A stretch of 63,420 bases of DNA, filler included, from Octopus bimaculoides (GCF_001194135.2; 5 parts of 5 records of this genome joined end to end with filler, not necessarily neighbours in it), one strand, 5' to 3'. Positions 38,762 through 52,000 are shown, counted from the whole stretch's first letter. Program-made: numbers and translations. The notes: generated from the sequence alone by a model not told the origin.

Positions 38762-40107
38762 AGAATGAAATTAAAGCAGTAAATAAATCCAGTATTGAAG
38801 AACTTAAGAAAGTTATATGTGAAGTTCTTGATGACAACAGAGGTAGAATAAAACGTGATCAGTTTTGGAATAAGGTGGCTGAGAAGCAAGGACATCATGT
38901 GAATCCCTCAGCCTATGGTTTCAGTAACTTGTATGAATTTCTGAAGCATTTCTCTGATGTTGTGGTAGAGGTGAGTGACAAGAATGAGTTATATATACAG
39001 AAGAAAACTTTGAGTGATTTCAATGAACCATCTATTGACAGAAACTCATCTTACTTAGGTGAGAACATATATCACTTTCCCTCACTTAATGAAACAATAA
39101 GAAGTAACCCATCAAAGCCATCTCTAGCAGAAGTTAGACACAGATTTTGTGACATTCTTATGAACTCTCCTCAGGGCATGCCACTACAGAAAATGGTGGA
39201 TAACTATAACAGAATATATCAAAAGACAACATTTAACTTGTTAGATTATAATGTCAGTAATTTTGAAGAACTTTTTAAGTTGCCTGAGTTTCGGTGTTTT
39301 AGTGTTTTAGTACAGAACAATATGATAATGATTTATTTGAAAGAACACAATACTCCCAGCCATAACATATATTATCCCACCATAGTTAATCAAATGCCAG
39401 TTCTTAAATGGGGTGATCCAGCATTTTCCACCATGCAACAACAGCCACATGTTACTGATAGTTTCCACCTCACACCTTTCTCGAAACTCCCCCCACCGAA
39501 AATGAATGAAAAAGAAATTTTAGTACCACCTTTAAGTATTGCCCCTGGAGAGACTCTATCTAAAGAACGTCTTGACAAAATAGCCAAAGAATGTATTGAA
39601 ATACTTTCTGACAATAATGAATGTGTGTCTATTCAAACCATTGAAAATCTTTTCCTTCAACGCCTTAGAAGAAAAAACTTACGAGAACTCGGTATTCGTA
39701 GTTTAGATCATTTGCCGTCAGTTCATGATCATAATCGTTTGGCCTGTAAAGTTAATGCTTATATTCAAGCCTTTGTGACAGTTCGGTCTGTCTGTACACT
39801 GAAAGAACTGGAAGACTGTATTGCACTTTATGTTAATGAAGGCAGTTCTTTTCAAAGCCTCAAACTTGGACCTTTACATAAGATGCAAATTGTTTTTGAT
39901 TTATTTAAATTTCCTCCTGGTGAAGAAAGTTTCCCAGAACTCTCTACAATGGATGTTTTAGATAATATAAGAAATTTTCTTAATGAGAATAATTGGTATA
40001 AAAAACATGAAATGCATGAAGTTATGTCTTTTTTGACGAAGGCTTTTCACTGTAGAGATCCATTTCACCTTGGAATTCGCTTGCGGAGCCTTCCACTTGC
40101 TATTGGG
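38762..40107 (+). CDS. Internal coding exon of a NO VEIN-like protein with two N-terminal LOTUS (OST-HTH)-like domains
   Basis: Acceptor ttttcttctttccAG at 38761 (phase 1), a stop-free frame of ~448 codons, and donor GGG|GTAAGG at 40108. LOTUS-like 1: IEELKKVICEVLDDNRGRIKRDQFWNKVAEKQGHHVNPSAYGFSNLYEFLKHFSDVV. LOTUS-like 2: LAEVRHRFCDILMNSPQGMPLQKMVDNYNRIY..NLLDYNVSNFEELFK. The C-terminal block KVNAYIQAFV..VCTLKELE..SFQSLKLGPL..LGIRLRSL resembles, from recall, Arabidopsis NO VEIN KINAFIHCFV..IVTLHDLE..SFDDLELGPL..LGVRIQSL. Confidence 0.9.
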
Positions 40108-41119
40108 GTAAGGATATATTTGTTTATTTAAATTTTGGAATTGTTTATCCTTTTCTTATTTCAAGAAATTAATGACTTGCAAATAGTTTCATATTAATTG
40201 ATAACACAATTATGTGACAATATTGATTTTGCTTTATTTCCTTTATTTTTGATTATTTTTTTTTTATCTCTTGTTTTCTTTCAAGCATAGGCAAGGGTTT
40301 TATTTTTTAAAATTTAGGTATTTATGTTGTTGAAAAATTGTTTTCATAACTAATTGCTCTCTTAGCCCTCTTAACACTGCTTTTGTTTCAATTAATTTTG
40401 AAACTAATGAAGAATTTAGTAAATAATTATGTCTTTATTAAGCTGGCATTTGGAATAGCAATTAACATGAAATTTTATTCAAAGGTTTAAATTTAGATCA
40501 TTTTAGATCATGAACCCAGTGTGTTTCAGGCAGGTTGGTATCAAAAGGATTAGAACTGATTTCTCAACTGTGAGATGAAGATAGTTCATGTCAGCTAGAC
40601 AGACTAAGGTTAGCAGTATGTTGCGTCTTGTGTAAGAGGCCTTCAACACAATGGCTATAGTCAGGCTTGAATTCATATCTACATAGCAGTTGTTTTTGCT
40701 GAAAATTATGCTTAATAAGTTAAATAAAGTAAAAAATATATTTAGTGCTTTTGATGGCAAGTTGGCAGTAGCCAGCCAAAAATTTTATCAGTGAATGTTA
40801 CCAACCCAGCCAGAAATTGCTAAAATAGCCTAGTCATATTTAAAGGAGAATTTCAGTGCAAATCTCTTTTTGTCCTGTTTTGATCTTTTTGAAATGTTTC
40901 ACTATGGACAAAAATTGGAAACCAGTTTATGTTGCCAAGCAGTGAATTTGAAAGAAGAAAAATCTGAGAAAATTTATGGCAAGCATAAACACTTCATGTG
41001 TGATTATGAATTGGATATATCTTTTTCCAAAAGTAAAACAATTTTGTCAACAGTTCCATTAGCAATATAAAAAAATAATGAATTTGCACTTGAATCATCA
41101 TTATCCTTATCATCATCAT

Positions 41120-41335
41120 CATCACCACCATCATCATCATCATTAACATCCATTTTCCATACTTCCATGGGTTGGACAGTTTGACAGGAGCTGGTAAGGC
41201 CAGGGGCAGTATCAGGCTCCATTGTCTGTTCTGGCATGGTTTCTACAACTGAATGCTCTCTTCCTAAAACCAACCACTTTACAGAGTGTACTGGGTGTTT
41301 TTTATGCAGCATCAGAACCAGTGCATTTTACATAT
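41120..41335 (-). mobile_element. Older, diverged relative of the RTE-type tail
   Basis: (CAT)n followed by 'attaacatccattttccatacttccatgggttggac...ctctcttcctaaaaccaaccactttacagagtgtactgggtg'. Confidence 0.65.
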
Positions 41336-41629
41336 GCTTGGAAGAAAGTTAGGAATGTGAGCATTTTTAGGAATATTGTGTGTGTGTGTGTGTGTGTCTC
41401 TGTGTGTGTGTGTGTGTGTGTCTGTGTGTGTCTGTGTGTAAATCTGATTTAGAAATATGTTTTTCAAATTTACCTTGTTTTTATTTTTTATTTACCTGTA
41501 AGATGCCATATAAATTTTGATTTGTATTGTGAATCTATGTATGCATGTGAATTGATTTCATTTAGTTGATGGCACATTTCATAGTTTTCTTCAAAAGCAA
41601 ATTCCAATAGTTCATTCTGCATTAAGTTT

Positions 41630-42525
41630 GACCATTTTAGGTCCCTTGAAGGCCTTGGTAATCCTTACCCTCTGCTCATCCGTCATATTGCAGCTGGATT
41701 TGTTGGTCTCTTGTTCCACCATGCCTCACACAAAGAAGTCGAGTGTGTTGCAGTCAGGCAAGTTGGGAAACCAAATGTCAGGTGTTGTGTGATCAAAGAA
41801 ATTCTCTGATTGCCAGGCCTGGGTCTTCCGGCTGGTGTGGCAGCGGTAGAGTCTTGCAGCTACCTGGTTGATCTAGGGCTTCACCACCTTGCACAGAACA
41901 CAGATGTAGTTGTTGTTGTTCGGCTTGAGTCTATCAGAGAAGATGTAGGTTGGTATGATCTCACTGTCACTGCTGACAACACCAGAGACGCTGGAAATTA
42001 TGTCTGCATGATTCTGGGCATGTCCTTGGGTGAAACAACGAGCCACCTGTTGTTCTGGGAGTTTGATCTTCTGATTTTGGCAGAAATTCTTCTTGTCAGA
42101 GAAGGACCACATCATCTCTGGCTCTAGCAGGTGTTACAACTTGTTGCTCAGCTCTTGGTGTGCTTGAATCACTTTTCCTGCATTGCCTTGGACAGAAATT
42201 TTCCTTTTACCTTGTTTGAAAGGATGCGAATGTTTTCCAGCCTAATGAGCTTTTCATCCACACCTTTCTCCCTTGCAATGGCATGCATCAGCTTACTTGA
42301 TGATCTGGATTTTAGTGATGAATTCTGGCATTCTGATGGTGCCAGATTGTCGATCATGGGTTTTCCTCTCTGTTGTTGCCTTATAGTTGAATCCTGAATC
42401 TCCCAGCCCTGTTCTGATCTTTTCCACCATACTTCTGCTGATGTTGAGAAGGTCTGAAATTTCTTTGTTTCTTGTTTGTCCTTTCAGTGCAAATTCCAAG
42501 GAGGATTCCATGCCTCTCCCACAAG
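41630..42525 (-). mobile_element. DD37D (maT-type) Tc1/mariner transposase pseudogene
   Basis: Peptides EISDLLNISRSMV (HTH), AIAREKGVDEKLIR, WSFSDKKNFCQNQK and QDS..CHTSRKTQAW..IWFPNLPDCNTLDFFV. There are 37 residues between the second and third Asp once one 1-nt frameshift is allowed. Confidence 0.8.
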
Positions 42526-42709
42526 GAGTGAGCGAATCAAAATTTTCTATAGTCAGTTATTCTGCAAAAAAATAAAGTAAAGATGATTACTGTTTTTAAG
42601 AAGAAAAAGATCGACAATGAAAAAAAAAAAGCATAAAATTAGCAGTTGAAAATTGCAAACAAGTACCATCTGCACCCTGTATATGGTTACTGATGCATTT
42701 GTACATTGA

Positions 42710-42740
<31 letters not shown>

Positions 42741-42902
42741 GAGTGGTTGGCGTTAGGAAGGGCATCCAGCTGTAGAAACTCTGCCAAATCAGATTGGAGC
42801 CTGGTGTAGCCATCCGGTTTCACCAGTCCTCAGTCAAATCGTCCAACCCATGCTAGCATGGAAAGCGGACGTTAAACGATGATGATGATGATGATGATGA
42901 TG
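42741..42902 (+). mobile_element. RTE-type LINE 3' tail with (GAT)n, inverted relative to the 37433 and 38139 copies
   Basis: 42741-42878 is the reverse complement of 37453-37590 with one mismatch by eye. Confidence 0.85.
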
Positions 42903-43625
42903 ATATATATATATANNNNNNNNNNNNNNNNNNNNNNNNNNNNNNNNNNNNNNNNNNNNNNNNNNNNNNNNNNNNNNNNNNNNNNNNNNNNNNNNNNNNN
43001 NNNNNNNNNNNNNNNNNNNNNNNNNNNNNNNNNNNNNNNNNNNNNNNNNNNNNNNNNNNNNNNNNNNNNNNNNNNNNNNNNNNNNNNNNNNNNNNNNNNN
43101 NNNNNNNNNNNNNNNNNNNNNNNNNNNNNNNNNNNNNNNNNNNNNNNNNNNNNNNNNNNNNNNNNNNNNNNNNNNNNNNNNNNNNNNNNNNNNNNNNNNN
43201 NNNNNNNNNNNNNNNNNNNNNNNNNNNNNNNNNNNNNNNNNNNNNNNNNNNNNNNNNNNNNNNNNNNNNNNNNNNNNNNNNNNNNNNNNNNNNNNNNNNN
43301 NNNNNNNNNNNNNNNNNNNNNNNNNNNNNNNNNNNNNNNNNNNNNNNNNNNNNNNNNNNNNNNNNNNNNNNNNNNNNNNNNNNNNNNNNNNNNNNNNNNN
43401 NNNNNNNNNNNNNNNNNNNNNNNNNNNNNNNNNNNNNNNNNNNNNNNNNNNNNNNNNNNNNNNNNNNNNNNNNNNNNNNNNNNNNNNNNNNNNNNNNNNN
43501 NNNNNNNNNNNNNNNNNNNNNNNNNNNNNNNNNNNNNNNNNNNNNNNNNNNNNNNNNNNNNNNNNNNNNNNNNNNNNNNNNNNNNNNNNNNNNNNNNNNN
43601 NNNNNNNNNNNNNNNNNNNNNNNNN

Positions 43626-44520
43626 GCGACAGGTTGCCCCTGGAAACCTCCCTATGCTGATGACTATGATCTCATAGCGAAATCAGTACCGGGACTAGAG
43701 ATGAAATTTGAGATGTGGAAGCAAGGTTTAGACTCAAAGGGCCTAAGAGTCAATGTTGCAAAAACCAAAGTCCTAGTAAGTAGGAAGGCGAACACATCAC
43801 AAACCCCTTCAGGCTGATGGCCCTGCTCGATTTGTAGAAAAGATGTAGGTAGAATCTCCTTAAGATGTACCCAGTGTAAGCTATGAACACAGGTGCAGCA
43901 ACATCAAGGGAGGGTTAACCAGGAAGATAGCTTTCGTGTGCAGCAGATGCACAGGGGCAATAAACACCACAGATGCTCAGAAAACTGATTTCATCTCATG
44001 CCAGGGGTAGTAAGGGTGGATGCTTAGAGAGTGTTACCATTAGAATAAGAATAGCCTGGGCAAAGTTCAGAAAGCTCTTACCTCTACTGGTGACAAAGGC
44101 CTCTCGCTCAGAGTGAAAGGTAGATTGTACGATGCATATGTGCGAACTGCCATGCTACACAGCAGTGAAACAAGGACAGTGACTGCTGACAGCATGCATA
44201 GGCTTGAAAGAAATGAAGCTAGTATGATCTGCTGGATGTGTAATGGCAGTGTGCACACACGACAGAGTGTAAGCGCCCTGAGAGAAATGTTGGACATAAG
44301 AAGATCAGATGTGGTGTGCAAGAGAGATGGCTGAGATGAGGAGAAAGACCGAGATCTCTGGAGATATGCTGTGATTGAGAAGACCAGGCAAGTAAAGTGA
44401 GATCACAGCCATAGCCTACACCAGTGTCACATAACCCATTTAAAAAGTACCTTTGAATCGTTGGGCGACATGCCTTGCTTGAGGAAACCTATTGAGTCAA
44501 GTAAAATCAAAATCAAATGA
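43626..44520 (+). mobile_element. RTE-clade LINE fragment (RT C-terminal half, Cys-rich insert, C-terminus), degraded
   Basis: PYADDYDLIA (YADD motif), KQGLDSKGLRVNVAKTKVLV, WPCSICRK, KGRLYDAYVRTAMLHSSET and DRDLWRYAV. The 5' part is lost in the gap. Confidence 0.9.
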
Positions 44521-44527
44521 AATCACA

Positions 44528-44830
44528 TCATCATCATCATCATCATCATTTAGCGTCCGCTTTCCATGCTAGCATGGGTTGGACGATTTGACTGAGGACT
44601 GGTGAAACCGGATGGCAACACCAGGCTCCAATCCAATTTGGCAGAGTTTCTACAGCTGGATGCTCTTCCTAACGCCAACCACTCAGAGAGTGTAGTGGGT
44701 GCTTTTACGTGTCACCCGCACGAAAACGGCCACGCTCGAAATGGTGTCTTTTATGTGCCACCCGCACAAGAGCCAGTCCAGGGGCACTGGCAACGATCTC
44801 GCTCAAAAACCCTACAAAGGCCAGTCAGGC
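44528..44830 (-). mobile_element. RTE-type LINE 3' tail copy
   Basis: (CAT)n followed by 'ttagcgtccgctttccatgctagcatgggttggacg...'; same family as the 38139 copy. Confidence 0.8.
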
Positions 44831-44959
44831 GGTATATATATATATATATATATATATATNNNNNNNNNNNNNNNNNNNNNNNNNNNNNNNNNNNNNNNNN
44901 NNNTTAATTAATTAANNNNNNNNNNNNNNNNNNNNNNNNNNNNNNNNNNNNNNNNNNNN

Positions 44960-44989
<30 letters not shown>

Positions 44990-44995
<6 letters not shown>

Positions 44996-45160
44996 CCTTT
45001 GTGTCTGTGTTTGTCTCCCCACAACCGGTTGACAACCGTTGTTGGTGTGTTTACGTTCCCGTAACTTAGCAGTTTGGCAAAGAGACCGAATAAAAATTCT
45101 TCAAGCCGGTGCCCCAACATGGCCGCAGTCTAATGACCGAAACAAGTAAAAGATATAAGA
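44990..45160 (+). mobile_element. SINE family B, 3' half
   Basis: 'ttgacaaccgttgttggtgtgtttacgttcccgtaacttagc...ccgaaacaagtaaaagata'. Confidence 0.75.
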
Positions 45161-45973
45161 TACGTTCAACTGGTTTGTAGTTCGAATACGACCGACTGAT
45201 GGATATGCTTGGAAAAAGATTGAAGCTTGAATTTGTCTGTGTGTACATAAGATGGAAGGGTTTCTTCTCCTATATTCAAGCGGAGAAAATCTGAGCATAA
45301 ATTGTGGTTCCTATCGCGACCATTGCGCATAAAATACAGTTACTACCTTAACATTGTATGAATTTACCTTTGCAACGACACTATTTTTATTGTATTACCC
45401 CTTTGTCTTTTAGGTACTGAATATATTTTCATAGCACAATGGAACTGTTCGTTCTTGTACATGAAAACGAATGGATATGTTGTGTTAGACTAAGATTGAA
45501 AATCATTCATAAGAGATTTCAAATGAATACTGTCATCTCCCGAAACAACATTATTTAAAAGCGATTTGGTTGCCTTTTGTAGGAGTTCGAGCGATTGCAT
45601 TGGTGTTCCTCGTTGGCTTATATATTTCTTAATAATCGAAAAATCTATCTTAGTCTTTGTGTTTGTTTGTTCAATTAACATATTTAATGCAAAAGTCATT
45701 AACATGTTCACTTGAAATACCGTAATTTTCCACATGCAAGTGGATGTACTATATTGTGTAAACATGTCGTATAAATATTCAAACAACGTTATTATCTTTT
45801 CAAATCATGCTGCATTTCACAGGAACTTTTGGTCCTCCAACGTCGTCTATGTATATAAGTTGTCCTACCTGTTTTTGGTTGTAAATTTTCGTTTGGAAAA
45901 AATCGACTCGTATGCTGGAAAATACGGTAATCATGCAGTGAGAAAGTAATACACACACACACACACACGCACG

Positions 45974-46028
<55 letters not shown>

Positions 46029-46439
46029 GAATAAAATGACTTGTGGTATTCAGTTACTGCTCTTTACATTCTGAGTTCAAATCCTGCTTAAGCCAACTTA
46101 AACTCTCATATGTTTTCCGGTGAGTGTGAGTCAATAAATGCCTCAGAAATCTATAACAGTGGACTGGCAGAATAATCACGACGTCAAATGAGCTTTCACG
46201 CAGTATTTTGTTCTGACTCTTTGCATTCCGCGTTCAAATCCTACCGCAGCCAAATAGGTGGTAGACAGTCCATCGCTTGGTTTGACACCACCACTTGGTC
46301 CTTACGTACAATTAACTGAATTCACTCTGTTGCAAGCATTCTGACCAGAATGGTCATGGATCTGTCCTTCTTCATGACAAAGCAATGAAAAAAGAGGAAA
46401 AGCCATATAAATCAGAGTTAAGAAATGAACATTTTCATT

Positions 46440-46790
46440 GAAGTCGAAGTCGCTGGAGCCGCTCGATATGAAACGCCTGCCACACATCCCGGATCAATAC
46501 GCCAGAGAGTAGCTCATCATTGTTTTCCCAGCACATACATATGTTATTCTCCGAGCACTACACGTAGTATTACCATATATTGACTCTCAGTGCTAAGTCT
46601 TGGAGTGATGAGATCGGGATGGTGCACACTGTGGCTGGTAAACTCTTGTTTCCTTTCTCGAATGTTTGTGGTCAACAACTGTAGACGTGCGAAGAGGGTA
46701 ATGATGTTCATGCTTTTAATCTACGAGCTCTTCTGAACCGTACGCAGCACCCTGGTGTAACATCCAACCAGTGATTTTCCCTGAACTGCA
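46440..46790 (-). mobile_element. Old non-LTR retrotransposon C-terminal remnant (RTE/RTE-X-like)
   Basis: Minus-strand LVGCYTRVLRTVQ...TTNIRERKQEFTSHSVHHPDLITPRL and NNDELLSGVLIRDVWQ resemble the LINE C-terminal pattern 'LDG.YTR.LR...IRERR..FAGH...HP' and 'DRD.W'. Confidence 0.6.
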
Positions 46791-47545
46791 ATTGAAGTGT
46801 TTCTCACCCATACAGCGAAGATAAAGACGTCGCATGCGGTCTTCCTACTGGGCTCAGATTTTCAGATTTTTTCTCATATCGTGCTGTGCCTTCCTAACAG
46901 AGTAATGAACTTAAAAGGCCCACGGAGCTTATATTTTCCTTACATTTACTACAATAAAATAATTTCATTCATCACACTTACTATCTATTTGCATTTCAAC
47001 GTGGTCATTCGACCTGCTAGAAGTAGCAAGTAAAAAAAAATCTCCCTCAAATCATACCCTCCTGTCAAACAAGAAGGATACGTTGGATAATGTGGTCCTA
47101 GGTTCATAATCATAGATAAAATGACGGGATAATGATGGGTGGAATGCTTTTGAACATAAGTCTGTTATATCTGCTTTTGCGAAACCATAGGATTCTTTAA
47201 AACCTTGGTTGGGAAACTCTAGCTTATAGAGTGGTGTATATAGAAGCGTATGTCATTATAATCCAATGATATATAGATGTCACAAGATGGCTTTCATTTG
47301 ACTAGGTGAAACATTCGTGTGTGTGTGTGAACAAATGCAGGGATCAATATATGTGTTGATCTGAGACTAAACAACACGTCTGTTTATGACATCAAGTCTG
47401 CGGTTGTAAATTTTGATAGATCTATCATTAAATGCCAGTTAATGATGCGATCCAATATTCTAAAGTTTTTTTCTTCAGATCTCTAGAAGCTTAATGAAGT
47501 GTTCCACCTCATTTATTTATATATCGATCCCGCATTTGTTCACAT

Positions 47546-47587
<42 letters not shown>

Positions 47588-49033
47588 TTCACCTTGCCAT
47601 GTGATAACCACCTTGTGATGAGATATTTGGATATAATCCAATAGAAGGCATACGCTTTTACGACGCATGCGCAACTCCCTAAGTCAATGTTCCTCCGCCA
47701 CGGTTTTTTGGAATCCTGTGGTTTTGCAAAAGTTAGCTAGGATTTTTGCAGTCCGTAGCTAGCGAATCCTCATGAGTTTGATTGGAGTTCTTCGAAAGGT
47801 CACTAAGGATTCCTTAGAAATAGTGATAGTCTAATTATAAGCTAATTTCATGCAAATGCGTTTTTGAATATTTTTTTTTGTTTGATTACATGTTCATAAT
47901 TATAGTATATCTCTCCAGTGAAAACGCGTGGGAGTACTTGGAGAAGTACTAAGATGCACTAGGGATGATGGGAAAAAGAAAGGCGAGTGCATTAGCCGGT
48001 CTTGGATGGCAGTATTATATATCCATATAGATTTAGAGTATGAGGATATGAGGAAATGTTGTAGCAAGAACCGTTGTAATTACAGTGAAGTAACGCGTAG
48101 CAACATGCCGTAAAGTGCAGCATTACGCTACAACTCGTAGCAATACGCTGTAACGCGCATTAATGAGCTGAAAGACATAACAATATGCAGTTAGCATAAT
48201 AGCGAATTTTGTAAATTAAATTAAAATTTTTTGTTTTCTCATTAGCATAACAGGTAATTTTATAAATATTTATAGTTTACCGTGGGGTAATATAGTAATT
48301 TTTGTCAACGTAATGCAATTTCATGCATATCAATAGATATTTACCGGTATGCAGATAAGCGAAATAACACATTCTCGTGTGACAGTAAGCGTACTTCTAA
48401 TGTTTTCTTTTTCTTTCGTTCATAAATTTTACTTATTACATCAATCATACTCATAACAACTGCATCAAATTCCGTTTAGTTCGACTTTGCTTTTCATCCT
48501 TTCGAGATCGATAAAATAAGTACTTGTCGGATACCAGCGCCGATGTAATCGACTCGCTCCCTTTCTCCTCAAATTGCCAAAATTTGAAACTATTATAACT
48601 ACTGAAGTCCCGTTGGGACACGTCTGCTTCAGGATTAAGGGAACTTCTATGTGACCGTTTGACCTGTTAGAAACAACATCCAATCGGTTTTAAACAATAC
48701 ATTTCCGTCTTAATTGAGTAAAGGTAGCATTACATCATATACTCTTAGATAACTCTGAAAGGACGGGTTGGGATGGGAATGTATGGCCAGAGGTCACAGT
48801 TAAAATCTTTGTTTTTGCTCCAGAATTCAAACAACAGCAATACTTTTCTGTGCGTCCTTTTATTCGTGCGAAACAAATTGTGAGAAACCGAGGTATGGAC
48901 TAGATGCTACATTACCACGCTCGATCATATATTACCAAACAGCATGTATTGAGCACTCTTATATTAGTGTATAAATATGTAAACGAACACACTATACATA
49001 CAGAGCACTAAATGCCCATACATTCATATACAT

Positions 49034-49082
<49 letters not shown>

Positions 49083-52000
49083 ATACATACGCACGTATTC
49101 ACTTGAAATATGTTTTAATCCTTCTCTTTTCATCACTTAGTCTTTCTTTTCACTCTCCCTGTTACACGCATTCCATTTCCCCCTCTCTCTTTTAATCTTG
49201 TCTCTTCCACGTTTATGACCTAATCCCCTTCTCTCTGTCTCTCTCTACCTCTGTCTTTCTCTCTCACTCTCTAATAGTTGCTTTTTACCTTTCATGCTGT
49301 ACATAAGCTATTTAATTAAGGTTTATGATGTTTGCAATGTTTCAAGTTTGTATAAAAACAAACAAACCAAAAGAAAAAAATCTAAGACAAAAACATAAAG
49401 AAATCTAGACTAAAAATAAAGGAAAAGATCCCCAGCACAAAAACATTAATCAAGAACAAAATATCAACTAGAAAAACAAAAACAATAAAAACATGGCCTC
49501 CGGCTTCTCGGGGTGTCTGCGTCATACATTGGTCGTTCTAATTGTTAGACCACCAAATCAACCTAATCGTTTTAGTTGCTACAGTCTGGGGGAGTGGTAG
49601 GAGTGAGCAATAATAGTAACGATAGCAGTAGCAGTAGCAGTAGCAGTAGTAGTAGCTACAGCAGCAGTGAAAAGATCAAGAACAACTTCAAGACCAACGA
49701 GCCAATAAGGATGCCTTTACGTGTCTACTTGTTCTGCTAGAAGTAGTTGCTAAATTTCCCTCAAATCATACCATACAACCCTTAAATAAAGCACAAATTG
49801 CACAATGAATAATGTAGATTTAGACTCTAAAATAATGAGATGGCAGATTTGATCAAATTTACGCAAAAAACAGAACAAAACATAAGACAAAAAACATTGA
49901 CATAGCCAACAACTGCAACAGTTATGATACAGAGAAGAGTAGCAGTGACAAGAACTACAACTAGTAAAAGAATCGTAACAACGAGATAACAGCAAAACGA
50001 GATGACAACAATAACAGCAGCAACCTCAAGATATAAATGGTGAGAATAAGGAAAGTATTAAAGGATGGTGAAAGCGGAGTCAACACTAGGCTCCGGCCGT
50101 TGCTGTTACTGCTGTTGTTAATGCATATATTTGATACCATAGAAATTAGTCTATCACTCGAGAGAAGGTGATTATAATATCGATATAGTATCGAATGGAT
50201 CAATATTTAACTGTTTACTAGGAGCAATCATCGTCTCTCTATTTTCCTCTATCAAACCAAATATCATACATAAAGGCAAGGTGTGGTGGAAGGTGAATTT
50301 AAACATCCATGCTCCTTTCTTCAGAAAATAATAATAACAATAAAAAATGGAATGCAACAAAATTATCCAATTAAGCGTCTGGAATTTGAAAGACTGAAAT
50401 TAATCTCAAACTGAACAATTAAAGTATACCCATAGACTATGTAAATGTCAGATGAGAGATCGTCACTAAATGTAACCACTTCGATAAATATTTCCTAAAA
50501 CACCGGAAGATTACATTCTAGTCTGATTAAACGGATCAATACTTAACTACTTGTTAGGAACACTCACATTATCTCTATCTTTTGCTCTATCTATGAGACA
50601 CGCCTTATGTTTGTAATTTATCCTGCATACATAAGGAACAGTCTTTTCCTAGACATGTATTAAATACACTCCCGTGTCCTGTTTTTACTTTTCATGTTAC
50701 CATATGAATTCCTTACAGCTTATTTAGGAACAGTAAAGTTCCTAAATCCATTATCAACTTTTGTAGGTCTTCATAGTCTCAGTCTCAGGATGAAATGATG
50801 TTGGCGTGTGTTTACGCCCTCTTTTTATAGTAGGCAGAACCAATGTGATTGGTGTAGATCTTACCTCCGGAATTAGTCAGGTGTTTATTGTTTGTTTCTG
50901 ACTTGTGTATGGTGTCTGTGTGTTTATTGTAGTTGTGCTCTATTATGAGTATTGATCATTAATCGTTTCTTTTTGTAGGGAATTCGTGGTCTATTAGTTA
51001 GTTTGAATACCTGTTTGTTGATAAAAGCCAACAATAGAAATCCAAACAAACTAATAGACCAAGCAATAGAACAATGCAGGAAAAAATACACCGCAACAAA
51101 TACATCACATACTACACCCATTAAAAATGCACAAACCATACATAATGTTATTATATGAATCAAATGCACACTGAGTATAGACTAGATGAATTCATAGGAA
51201 AATATATAAAGAAAACTTAATAAAAACGATAAAACTAGACTTCAGGTGTATATTCAATATATAGATATATGCAAACGCACGCGAGCATTCACGCATTATA
51301 TATATGTGCGTCTGCGTATGTATGTATGTATGTATGTATGTATGTATGTATGTATGCGAGTGTCCATGTTTATATACATATTACTTATAGCTATGTAAAG
51401 TGCTAGGGATTTAGAATATCCTTTTTCCATTTGAAATTTTTGGATTTTGAAAACATCTTATAGGTTTCCTCTTTGTGCTTGCATGCATGTTTGTGGTTGT
51501 GTATGTGTTTGTGTAGGACTCTGTGTGTGTGTGGGGGGGGGGGGGCGTGTGCCCGCTATAAATATTTCTGATTCAAGGGATAAGTTATAAACTCGGGTTC
51601 GGGATTCGGTAGCGTGAAGCAGATCAGATATTAATTACTTTCCAGGATAGGACGCCAGTCTCAACCGGATGACTACCGATTTTTCGCAGATTTGATGCTC
51701 TGTCTTAGTAGTTAACTCAAACAGAATCAATATTATAGTTTTTATTGTATTTGCTTAAACCCTTGTCAGTAATCAGTAAATTAATCAATGTTATAATTAT
51801 ATCGATTTTCAAACGCTTATTTTCCGTTAAGAATATGTTTTAGATTTTAAGCGCAATAAATGGAAATCATTTATCATCTGTGACTGTCTGGTTTTTCCGA
51901 TAAACATTGATTTTGTACAATTGATAAGGTTGCATCTTTCTGCTAATGCATGCCGGAACCTGTTTACCCATCAGTTAACCATACATTAATTCAAAGAGTT

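Noticed and set aside
45490-45786. 98-aa non-repetitive minus-strand ORF
   Set aside because: No recognisable motif, no good splice sites and a TTG-type start; within chance expectation.
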